Assembly: GCF_009834535.1 (NCBI RefSeq)
Contig: NC_045696.1
Coordinates: 88,538,001-88,602,000 of the forward strand
Direction: 5' to 3'
From: Camelus ferus
Lineage: Eukaryota
DNA length: 64,000 bases
Below, one piece after another: positions 52,925 to 64,000 of this stretch. The notes under the pieces are model-generated. The model did no database searches, was not told the DNA's origin, and worked only from the letters and a program-made list of their open reading frames with translations. The position numbers were made by a program, and so were the translations under genes. Numbering within the stretch: the stretch's first letter is position 1; each line of letters starts with the position of its first letter.

Positions 52925-53110
52925 GAGCAGTTCTCAAAGCTCAGCACTATCAGCATTTTGGGCCAGATCCTTCTTTCCTGTGCACTGCAGCGTGTTCAGC
53001 AGCACCCTTGGCTTCTACCCACTAGATGCCACTAGCCCTCACTCCTGCTCCCCTTCTTCAGCTAGGAAAACAAAAAACGCCTCTAGACGTTGCCAAATGT
53101 TGGGGGTGTG
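52925..53110. mobile_element. MER20-like MITE
   Basis: 'cagcactat..gcattttgggccagat...cctgtgcactg...gcagcaccc.tggc.tctacccactagatgcc'. Confidence 0.75.
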
Positions 53111-54009
53111 GGTGGTAGTGGGAAGGTTGGGAATTGCCCATGGACAGCTGTGAAGAATATTAGAGTAAACCAATTTTATTATTTTGGGTGGTTAGAAAAT
53201 GATCCCTGAAAAAAAAAAAAAAAAAGAAATAAAATGATTCCTGGCAAATAAAAGCAGGGCAAAACAGAACCTCATTAGAGACTCTCATAAGTAGGGCCCA
53301 GTGGGCACCATTGAACAGGGCACTGATCGACAAGGCACAGAATGCAACCGAGTACCCCCAAATGCTTAAGAGTTATGGGGAAATACTGAGAATGCCATAA
53401 ATTCAGTCCCTTCAAAATATCCATTTAAAAATTAGCACAACTGCAGGGATTTACAGATTAGAAGTGGCTTTGGCCACATCTGTCACATTTGACCTCATTC
53501 CATTTTGGAAAGCTTTCGTATTACCAGGAAAAAAAAATCTACAGTCTTGTCAACAGGCAACTATTTTTAGACAGTCTCATTTTCTTTGGTGGCTCTGGAA
53601 TACTGATTTCCCCCACAGAGGAAGGCTTACAAGGAAGTACAGTCAACCAAAGAGGCTTGAAGTTACTGACATTACAAGAAAAGGGGAAAATTAACCCACC
53701 TAATTATACTCTTGAGCTTCCTCCATTTTATTTGCAAATGTAATTACACCAGGCCCATAATACTTTCAGGTATGCTTTTAAAATACACATAGGCCAGCAG
53801 ACAAGTAGGCAAATTTGGCTGTGTTTACTTCTTTCTATTTATGTGGGCCAATACTTTTTGCAAGCTGAACCTTGGGTGCAAAAATTGAGCACATTTCTAA
53901 TTCCGTGAGGGCTTCTTCATTTTGCCTCATTCCTTAATCTCATATTGAATTTCCTCCTAGATCAAAAAGCAATTTGAAAAGAATGGTAGGTTAAAAATAA
54001 GAGTTTTCT

Positions 54010-54105
54010 TGTGGGGAGGGTATAGCTCAGTGGTGAGCACATGCTTAGCATACATGAGGTCCTGGGTTCAAGCCCCAGTACCTCCATTAAGAAAAGAAAA
54101 TACAG
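54010..54105 (+). mobile_element. vic-1-like SINE (short form)
   Basis: 'ggggagggtatagctcagtggtgagcacatgcttagcat...gtcctgggttcaagccccagtacctcc' plus A-rich tail. TSD-like aaaa[t/g]aa[g/a]agttttct. Confidence 0.9.
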
Positions 54106-54790
54106 AAAAGAAAAGTTTTCTCAAAAATAAGGTTTTTCTCAAAACATTTGTTAAAAATTTAGCCATAAAGAACCAGTCCCCAGGAAGTGAGGGGTAAGTT
54201 ACTTGTTAGATCTATCCACATTCTTCTTCCACAAAGTCTGACAAAATGAGGGACTCGCTTGTTTACTGCTGTTTTCTTTAGGAACAAAGAACCTGAGGTG
54301 GGGATATGGTAGAAAAGTAGATCACAAATAAGGGAAATTATGATATAAAAAGTGGAATAGACAGACAAGATACTCAGTGACGTCCTCATTTCTGCTTCTT
54401 TACTTTTTCTTTTTTCTTTTTTTTACACAATGAAAGAGATAACCAAGAAGCCATAAAGAACAGGAAACTTCTTTTCTTACTGAAATAACAGCTGGGTCAA
54501 ATAAGAAAATTCATCTAGTTATTCTACTCATCCATATAAAAATTAAAAAGAGAACAAGTCTTCTGAATTTTTATGTAAAAATTAAAAATGTAATAAATTT
54601 TAGAACATAGCCAGTCAAAGGAAAGAAATAGAAAAATAAGGTGAGGGGTGGGGTAAGGAACTGTTGAAGGATGAGAGAGAGAGATGGGGAGACAGAGACT
54701 ATTACCATCAGGGCAATGCCTTAATTTGGAAGCATTTAGATACCGCTGTGAAAACTAACCTGCAATTTCACAACTGTTGAGGTACGTGGG

Positions 54791-55591
54791 TGCTATTGTC
54801 TGAATGTTCGTGTCCCCTCACAAATTCTCATGTTGAAATTCTAATGCCCCATGTGATGGTCTTATGAGGTAGGGCTTTGGGGAGGTGATCAGAGCCCTCA
54901 CACATGGGATTAGTGCTCATATAAAAGAGACCTGAGAAAGCGCCAAAGCCCTTCTACCCTGTGAGGACACAAGAAGTCAGAAGTCTGTGACCCAGAAGAG
55001 GGCCCTCACCTGACCATGAAGGCACCCTGACCTTGGACTTTCAGCCTTTAAAACTGTGAGAAATAAATTTCTGTTGTTTATAAACCACCCAGTTTATGGT
55101 ACAGATCTTTCTTGACTTATGATGGGGTTATACCTCCAGATAAATCCACCATAAATGCAAAATATCATTAAGTAAAAAATGCACTGAATTCATCTACCTA
55201 ACATCATCGCTTAGCCTTGCTACATGCTCAGGACACTTACATTCACCTATAGTTGGGCAAAATCACCTAACACAAAGCCTATTTTGTAATAAAGTGTTGA
55301 ATATCTCATGTAATTTACTGAATACTGTACTGAAAGTACAAAACAGAATGGCAGTGTATCGGCTGTTCACCCTTGGGACTGCATGGCTGACAGGGAGCTG
55401 TGACGCGATGCCCTAACCCAGCATCACGAGAGAACCCCACTGCATACTGCTAGCCCAGGAAAAGATCAAACCTCAAAATACAAAATATGTATCATTTTTG
55501 CACCATCATAAAGTTGAAAAATTGTAAGTCAAACCATCATAAGCTGGGGACTATCTATGTTTTGTTATAGCAGCCTGAACAGACTAAGACA
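54791..55591 (+). mobile_element. MLT1A-like MaLR LTR split by a Tigger MITE
   Basis: Starts 'tgctattgtctgaatgtt.gtgtcccc' and ends 'ttttgttatagcagcctgaacagactaagaca'. 5-bp TSD gtggg/ctggg. Confidence 0.85.
55102..55557. mobile_element. MER47/Tigger5-like TcMar MITE
   Basis: 'cagat...gacttatgatggggtta...gttgggcaaaatca.ctaacacaaagcctatttt...aaccatcataag.tggggac.atct'. TA target (TA at left, TG at right). Confidence 0.85.
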
Positions 55592-55928
55592 CTGGGCACT
55601 GTGTTAAGATGCTCCAGAAGGAAATATCTGCCTGAATTCAGGGAGTCAGAAATGATAATCAAAATATTTAACAACTGACACAATGAGGGCATTGCCACTG
55701 GTTCAAATAAAATGAAGCTGCAGGTGTGGAAAAGGATGCTGGGTCCAAGCATCCTGAGGCCATCTGGTGCTGGTGCAGGGTGGAACATTCCAGCTTTGGA
55801 TTTAAGGGAAGCAGAACGTAGGTTATAAGAGGAAGGAAATGAGATCAGGAAATGAGAGGAAGAGATGATGACACTAGAGAGGAGATGGAGGTGCTGGCAG
55901 TCAGAGTAGACATTTTTTCAGTGCAGAC

Positions 55929-56370
55929 TGGTAGCCAATCCCTACTGGTCGCCACCTCCTGGTATTCATACTCCTGTGTAGTCCCCTCTGGCAATGACTT
56001 AGTGTTGGTCGGTGTAACCAATAGTGTATGGTAGAAATTATGGTATCTCACTTTCGATATTACGTAATACAAGACTGTAAGCTTCCGTCTTGGGTTCTCC
56101 TTTGCTCTCTCTCCTAGGTCACGTACACCAAAGGAAGACATGGAGCAAACCATCTTGTGGAGATGCCCATGTGGAAAGGGAAGGAAGCCTCTTGCCAAGA
56201 GCCACGTGAGTAAGCCTGGACACAGTACTTCCAGCCTATCTTCAAAGACTACCACCCTAGCAGACAGCTTGACTGCAGCCCCACGAGAGAACCAACCAGC
56301 ATTCTGGACCCTCAGAAGCTTGTGAGATGAGTTACTAAGTAATTTGTTACCCAACAAGAGATAACGCACA
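55929..56370 (+). mobile_element. MaLR (MLT1F-like) LTR
   Basis: 'cacctcctggtattcat', 'accaatag', 'gacagcttgactgca.cc', 'gtaatttgttac.caaca'. Confidence 0.75.
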
Positions 56371-57889
56371 GCATTAGAAAAAGTAAAGACAAACAAATAT
56401 ATAAGAACATGGTACAAATACACTAAAATCAAGGAACTGCTTTTCCATCCGGGACAGGGCAATGAAGGAAGGGGAGCTTGATGGAGCCAGTATTTTGTTG
56501 GTTTCTGTTGGGTTCTGGGTAAGAAGTTAATTTATGCAAAGTGCATGATAGTTAATCCTTTCTACCATAAAAGAAATTGGAAAAACACTCCTATATACCA
56601 AGCTAAGTATATGCCAAGTTAAGTTACAACAAAAATCATAAGAGACCATCGCCATTAGAGCATTCACCAAATGTCCACCATTTCCCATACACTATCTTCA
56701 ATCCTTATAAAAAGTCCCACGTAAGGTACAGCATAAGGGATTAACATGGAGCCAGTTTGGCTTCAAAGACTAGGTAGTCTCTTTCCACTATACTACACTT
56801 CCTCGCGCACAAAAAAAAAAGAATCAGTAGAGGTTTGGCTGCAGGTCAGGAAAAAGAGAATCTGACTAAAAGGCCAAGTAAAGCAGCAAGTCACACACCT
56901 TGTAAGACACAGGAAGACCAAGCCGAGGTTAAGTACAGGGTCACAATCTGCTGAGTCCCCAACTGCTCGCTGCCCAGGAATCCTGGCCTCTTTCAGGTGA
57001 GCTTTTGGTTGGTTCACTGGTTTTTGCAATAAGGCCAGCCCACCCTGGACTCTGGGATCAGCTCTGGCTCAGGGCATGAAGACTACCAAGAACCCGATGG
57101 CGGGCGCCCTGAGCCCAGCTGCCCACTGGCACAGGACTGAGTTGGCCTCACTCCTGACCTTCTCTGACCTCGGCACTGCAGGTCCATGACAGCTGACCTT
57201 GTCGCTGAGTTCCTTTCTCGACGTATTCCAGGGATACACATAACTTAGAGGTAAAAGGCTTTATTGAAAACCAGAAGACTGGCTTTCTGCCTTATTATAT
57301 TTCCACTTCCGGCACTGAAGATAAGGGGAGATGTACTTGGAAGGTTTTGGTTCATTTTATTTATTTTTTTGTAAATTTTTAAAAACAGAAAATACACGGA
57401 CAAAGTTAAAAATTCAAATAAGACAATAAGCGGATTCAGTGAAAAAACTGTCTCCTCCCCCAGTTTCTCCTCCCCAGAGTAACCACTGCTGGGGTCACCT
57501 ATGGAAGGCAACTCTTTTTTACACATGAATAACTGGCTCCTACTGTGCCACTCAGGTTGAAGGGCCCAGGTGCATGAATTCATTAGTTATAAAAATGAGG
57601 ATTAGTCTGTTGTTTTGGTTTGAGCTGGAAAGCTGCCACCTCTCAAGTCAAACAAAACACCCTCTCCTTTTCTGACACATGTCTTCTACTATAGGTACCA
57701 TTTTTCTATAAAAATTTTTGAACAGTCTCTGCATTGCATGGCCACATACTATACAGAAACTTTGAAAAGCATGAACATTCATGCTTTTAGAGATGGTTAT
57801 CATGCATAAAATGGCTGTAAGATGAACTTGGAGGTATTTCCTGCAAAGTTGGTTTAAAACCTCATTTATTGTGCTTGTATGACATATCT

Positions 57890-58392
57890 CCTGTGTAGCA
57901 TTTCACACTCTTGGTCCCACCACCAGTACAGTGACCAGCTCAGCCCAGATGCAGCCTTGGCCTGAACCCTTTATCAGTTGCTCCCTTCCCTGGAGCTTCC
58001 CTGATGCCAAGGCGTGGGACGCCCACATGGCCCACTCAGCACACTCAGGCATCCATAAATTAGAAGTGCGGGGAAGCTAATGCCTGTGGAGTGACCCTTG
58101 ACAACCAAGGAGATGAGACTGGATGCTAAATGCTTCCCCCTTCACCTCTTGGCAGGTGGTTCTGGGACGCTGCTCACACGCTCCCTCAGGCAGGGTAAGC
58201 GGCAGCGGCAGCCAGCGGAGGCCAGCTCCACAAAATGCTCTCACGGTAGCTTTCCCTGTGTCTCTTTCTCCTTCCCTCCTGGGTCACTCCCAGTGCCCCT
58301 CACTCCTGCCTCTTGGGGTTGAGTCCTAAATTAACTATCTGCAATCAAGCCCTTTACTTCAGGCTCTGCTTTGGGGGAACTCAAGCTGAGAA
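57890..58392 (+). mobile_element. ERVL-type LTR (LTR16-like)
   Basis: 3' end 'caagcccttt..ttcaggctctgctttgggggaactcaagctgaga'; 5' limit uncertain. Confidence 0.55.
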
Positions 58393-59830
58393 AATGTTGC
58401 TCAAAGTCCAGAGTCCAAGGTATGTAGAGAAGAAGTCTCCATAAACCTTAGTATTAGAAGAGAAGTTGTCTCCATTGAAAAGTGGTTTCATTTTGTCTGT
58501 TCTTTATGGTTAATGCATTTATTTTCCTTCCCTTTTCTTGGCTTTGATGTTCTGCTTTTATTTTAACATTATTATAGTAAGCGTGGCAAATCGAACTTTC
58601 AGGACCCAAGTAGGATATAAATAATAAACTCACAATTTGTGTTACCTCCTTGAATGAGAATGACTGAGATCAGAGGAAGAGAAAGCCCTGACTCAGGTAA
58701 GGAAGAAGCCAGTTACGATGTCACATTGCAGCAGGCCTTAGAAGACAGATTTATAGAGTCAATTGTCAAGATAATAGTCAAGATTAGCAATAAATTCAAA
58801 GGGAAAAGACCTCTAACTTAACTGTCCTTCCCCATTTCTTAGACTCTCAGCATCTGCCAGAACCTACACACAGTAAATGTTTGTGTGCAATGAACAGTTT
58901 GTCTTACTGATTTCTCTGTGGTTGATGTACCGTTCCCCTGGACTGACTACAGAACTACAAGATCACATTCAGGTGCCTGTTGACAGTATATACTGTAGAA
59001 ACTCTTCATCAAACCAGCCACATCTGAGATGGCTACAGAGCCTTGAGACGAGGACATTAACTACAGAAAGAAACACAAAGAGAACGCCTCTGGGCACTAG
59101 AAGGTGGCTGAAACACAGTGTCTTTCAGGATGCAATATACCAGATGAAACTCCGGAGTGCCTACTAGTTCACAATGATCGAACTTAACATTCTTGCAAAA
59201 TGACGTTAAACAGCAGTCCAGCCGCCTGTGATTACAGATCTTCCGTGTCTGAAAGTCAGCCAGAGGAGGCACTCTGCTCACGTCTCACTGCTATAAACAG
59301 TCACAGTACATTGGAAATTCCGGCACTTTAAAAACTATTCTATTTTCCTCTGCAGACTGCAGGTCTTACCATCAACTTGGATCTCATTAAAATTTAGACA
59401 AGCATTCCAACAAGGTCTACAGAAACTTGGTTACAAAATTCCAATAGTACAGAAAGGAAGAGATACAGATGGCATTGACATCCTGTCTCTCGCTGGCCCA
59501 CGCAGTCTAAATTGTGACCACCTGGTACAAGTATTCTTTGAAGTGTACACATTTTCTCTAGGCCTTGTAATCAAATACTACTTTAGAGCAGGTAGTAACA
59601 TTACTTCCCTTACGGCAATGACAACTTGGTTAGAAAGATAAACACAGCTCCAGTCAAATGTTTTCATCACCAGAGGCAGCATGTCCTGCTTCTAAATCTC
59701 AGCATTAGCCTGTGGTTGCCAGTATTCTCAGCAAAGTTCTTTAAAATTAAAAATTTTATTTGCCCACTGCAAAACTTAGATCAATGTCTTCTCAGAGCGC
59801 ATATGAGGGCTTCTGTTAAAAAGGTAAGAT

Positions 59831-59985
59831 GAGGGAGGAGGGTATAGCTCAGCGGTAGAGCCCATGCTTAGCATGGATGAGGTCCTGGGTTCAATCCTAA
59901 CACTTCCATTAAAATATAAAAACATAAATAAATAACCTAATTACCCCCTCAAACCCAAATAAATAAATAAAAATAATTTTTTTTA
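59831..59985 (+). mobile_element. vic-1-like SINE
   Basis: 'ggagggtatagctcagcggtagagcccatgcttagcat...gtcctgggttcaatcc' followed by 'aaataacctaattacc' and an (AAAT)n tail. Confidence 0.9.
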
Positions 59986-61271
59986 AAAAAAGGCTTAAGT
60001 TGGGAAATGTGACTTTTAAAAAAATAACTCCCCATCATATTACTTCTATAAAATTCAGCCTAAATTATCATTTTGGGGGGGAGGATTTCATAAGAAAACA
60101 AGCAGTGCTGATAACACAGTAATATAAGCTAATTAATGTAAACTAAAATGAGTTGGAGAACGACACTTAGAATGTGGAGGACAATGCCATAGCAGAGGGT
60201 AAGAAGTGGTCTATACAACCAGTTACAGAGTGGAGGAGAAATACACAATAAGGCTGCCTTTAGTCATGCAACTGATGTCAGAGTTCAAGATGAACAGTTC
60301 AAGAGATTTACAGGTTCACTTATGATTTTCTGATTTATTTAAGAACTCTTTCTCAATCCCAAACCTAATTCCTTCATTTACCTGTTCAGCGTCCTCTAAA
60401 CACTCATTCCACCAATTCCTCGGTCCTCTAGTTATCTGTTCACACGCACACACACACCTGGAGTGAAGGGCCACGTGGTGATCTGGGTATTCCCAGTGGC
60501 GGGCACCCAGGGGCTCAGTCAGTGTTTATAAAGTGAGTAAATGAATGAACCAATGATTGCTAAGTCAACTGGAGACAGAATCACACATTGTTAAAGCTGG
60601 AAGAGACTTAAGAAAATATCTAATTCAATGTCCCTTTTTACAGTCAATGAAACCAAGCAGAGAGAGGTGTAATGTCTCGTCACAGCCACGGAAACGGACC
60701 CCATGGCTGGTGAATGGCATGTCTGGGTACTCTGGGACAGCCACGGAGGATAATTTTCTAGTTTATAGATGGCAAAGTCACTTTTGTTACTACTCCCCCA
60801 CCCACTTACCTTTTGGCTCTTTAAATCCATGATACAAAGGGAGAAATATAAAAATTGTAACTGAAGTTCAAAGCAGCTTGGTTTAAAAGATTGGTATTAC
60901 TGGCTAGAAAGAAGTGCTCCGTTTATAAGTGGATGCTGACAACCTGTGTTAATCCCGGGCTCCCACTGACATATGACTAGTAATTGGCTGCATTACAGAA
61001 GTCTTCACTACGGTTTCATTAATCATACCACCATTCTCATCTTTTCACAGACAAGAAACAGACCTCCAAATTCACGGATTCTATACGGTGACATGAACTG
61101 AACATAAAAGAGAGAGGCCATGCTGAAAATATTAAAATGTTATGAGAACGGTAACCATGGCACATCCGCTCAGTAGGATACTATGCAGCCATTACAAATT
61201 ACTTTTATGAGTAGCTTGTAAGAGCACTGAGAACTATGATGTGTCAATGTTAAATAAAAAAATAGGCATAA

Positions 61272-61660
61272 GAAAGAGAAAGAAAAATACCATATGATAT
61301 CACTCATATGTGGAATCTTAAAAAAAAAAGAAAAGAAAAAAGAGGATACTACGTACTCATCTACAAAACAGAAACAGACTTGCAGACATAGTAAACAATG
61401 GTTACTGGGGGAAAGAGGGTGGGAAGGGATAAATTTGGGAGTTTGAGATTTGCAAATGGTAGCCACTATATAAAAAAACCAAAAAATAATTGTCTTCTGT
61501 ATATTACAGGGAACTATATTCAATACCTTACAATAAACTTTAATGAAAAAGAATATGAAAATAAATATGTGTGTGTGTATGTATGACTGGGACATTGTGC
61601 TGTACACCAGAAACTGACACATTGTAACTGACTATACTTCAATTTAAAAAAAAAAGGAAA
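61272..61660 (+). mobile_element. Short L1 3' end inserted in an older L1M relic
   Basis: 'aaataccatatgatatcactcatatgtggaatct...acagggaactatattcaatac...ttgtaactgactatacttcaat' plus poly-A. TSD-like aaaa[a/g]ta[g/a]gcataa on both sides. Confidence 0.85.
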
Positions 61661-62725
61661 GAAAAAGTAAGCATAAAAATTGGGCACAAATTATTAAAAC
61701 CCAGCAGAGAAAAATGACTAGAAGTACACATACTGGAGATGGTGGTTATGTAGCATTAGGAATTATCTTTTCCTTTTCTAGTTTTTCCATATTTTAAAAA
61801 TGTTCTAAAATGTATTTCTGTTATTGTCATAATGGAGAAATAAAACAGATTTAATTTTTTACAGAAATTCAGAAGTTGATGTTAGTGGTTGGTCAACCAA
61901 TATTAAATTTCCCATCATATCTTTGTAAATTTCCCTGTTTTTCTCTTCCTTCCAAATTCTGAGAGGAAGCCTCTGGCTAGAACATCTTTTGAGCCTAGAA
62001 ATAGGGCCCTGATAGAAGATAAAAAGTAAGAAAACCTAAAGCTACCTCCTCCCTTAGGACCTGCTTGAGAAACACACTGAGGAATTCAGTGTATTTGTTG
62101 AAGTGAAGAACTTCCTGCAAAGGCCTTTTACTCCATTTTTCATATTCTTAGAAAACCTGAAGGAGCCCTAAATAATTCACACTCTCTTTCCTGGGTTTGG
62201 TTTCTTGATGTGTGTTCAATTTTTTTCCTCCATGACAGTAAATGGCTTTCCTTTTGAGATCACCAATTACTCTGACACTAATGGCTCAATTAAATCATAG
62301 GTGTAACTTTTAGGTACCATCTATATTAAGAAGAATAAAATAAGCTCAATAGGAGGTAACCCTCCAGCTACTTCCTAAACTGCTTACAGCACATTTCCCG
62401 CCCTTTTTAAAAGCTATTTCTCCAAAAAGTACATTATAGTACTTGGTGTGTCTTCACAGAGGCAGCTTTGCTTGGGCTCAGCTCTCAGGAATGTCTAATG
62501 TAGAGCTGTGTCAGGCAATCACAAAGCAAAGGCTGACAAATTAATGCTGCCCCTTTTTCCTCACCTCCTTTGGGAAAGTTGTACATGACTGCCTGCCCCT
62601 TGTAAATGGATCTGCAGGCCCCCAGCTTTAACTGATGCCCAAATGGATGCATTAAACAGCTGGCTGAGTTGCCCCTTCCCCTCTTCTCCGCTTGCTGGTC
62701 CACTTTCTACTTGTAAGTGCTCTTT

Positions 62726-62878
62726 TAGTAATTTTTTTTTTTGTTTTGGTATTTTGTGGGGGGTGGTGGTGGTAATTAGACTTATTTATCTATTTTTTTA
62801 ATGGAGGTACCGGGATTGAACCCAGGACCTTGTGCATGCTAAGCACGTGCTCTACCACTGATCTATACCCTCCCCCTC
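62726..62878 (-). mobile_element. vic-1-like SINE
   Basis: Reverse-complement tRNA-like head. Perfect 12-bp TSD taagtgctcttt at 62714-62725 and 62879-62890. Confidence 0.92.
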
Positions 62879-64000
62879 TAAGTGCTCTTTCTACGTGGTA
62901 GAAACACATGCTCATTGGAAAGCTGTTGGGGTTTCTAGTAAACTGTAAGAACAAATAAAACCTTTGCTGGTCTTAGGTTTAACTCTAAGGAGATCTAAGA
63001 AGCAAGAGGTAACTGTCTCAAGGCCTGAAGCACGACACTTCTGCTGGACAGTCCACCCACTTACAGGGAGACTCGGCTCCTCCCAAAGGGAGAAGGAGGC
63101 ACTGTTAATTCCCACTGCCCATGCCGTGGGGTTCTTGAGTGTGCGACAGAGTGCCAACCTCAACCCAGTGAGCTTGTTCTCCTCACAATTCCCTCAGACA
63201 CAAGGCATCACATACTGCTTTATCCTTAACAAGGGAGTATGCAGGTCATTTGTTCACGCCCAAACTTAAAAAAATTATAAACAATTTGAAACATAAATAA
63301 TACACAAGCGTAAAGGTAAATAATGTGAGGAAGGACTCCCTCTCCTGCTAGTTCGATCCTTCACCTTTTCCCACTAGGACACATGATGAATATTTAGGTT
63401 AATGACGCTCTCTGAGACAGCATGAAGTACTATTTTGATCTCTTCAAATCATGCAGCTGCTTTCCCTGGAAGCTTCTCTGTGCTAAAGCCCAATCTACTG
63501 AACTGTGTATGAACTTGTTCTTCAATTCAAATAAAAACATTAATAGAGCAAATGCAAATCATATCTTACTTCCTCCTCTAAGTTGTGTTCAGCTTTAATT
63601 AAGGCTAATAAAAATATCTAGGTGATCTTATTGAGGACCCCTGAATGATGGCTCAGGAGCTTTCCTTCCAAAATCTAGTTTTGCTTCACTCATACAGTCT
63701 CACTCCCCAACCCACCAACAAATGTATGTCCAGACACACCCATGTGCAGATGCCAGAACGCTAAGCGATGGTCTTCTTTTAGTCAGATAAACAATATATA
63801 CAATATACTATAAACAACACACGGGCTGCCTGAGGAGAAAGGAGAAAGAGACAGAGCAAGCAAAAGGTTTGAGAAGAAGCCACATGCAACCTTGCACAAA
63901 CCACAGCTACCTGAGTTTTCACTGTCAAGAGACCAGAATTATAGTTATAGAAATGGAAGGTATCTATGAGGTCCTGCTCAAGCCTTTGATGGACAGCAAA

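Noticed and set aside
54010..54090. tRNA gene (also at 21950-22022, 32795-32870, 59835-59910, 62805-62878)
   Set aside because: These are tRNA-like A/B-box heads followed by A-rich tails and TSDs, so SINEs. The copies differ from one another by many substitutions.
55845..56462. Longest ORF (205 aa, minus strand)
   Set aside because: Lies antisense across an MLT1-type LTR with no recognisable domain; a chance ORF.

Overview
Mammalian nuclear DNA, AT-rich and CpG-depleted, with no protein-coding gene or structural RNA gene that I can support; it reads as intergenic or deep intronic sequence. Five copies of a tRNA-derived SINE that looks like the camelid vic-1 family point to a camelid genome (camel, alpaca or llama). 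The window is dominated by transposable elements. The largest is a degraded full-length LINE-1 (about 28038-35030, minus strand) inserted in an older L1 and itself carrying a SINE. There are also several truncated L1s, L2 and MIR relics, MaLR, ERVL and ERV1 solo LTRs, and hAT/Tigger MITEs. The ORFs in the track are short and lack recognisable homology except for L1 ORF1/ORF2 fragments. I found no convincing new biological system. The best leads are an unexplained CpG-retaining hairpin (49175-49267), a CpG-rich patch inside an ancient L2, a kB site plus TATA box module (about 13420-13486), a divergent pair of same-family LTRs, and a few candidate enhancer-like blocks. Repeat family names come from recalled consensus motifs, not a database search, and repeat boundaries without TSDs are approximate.
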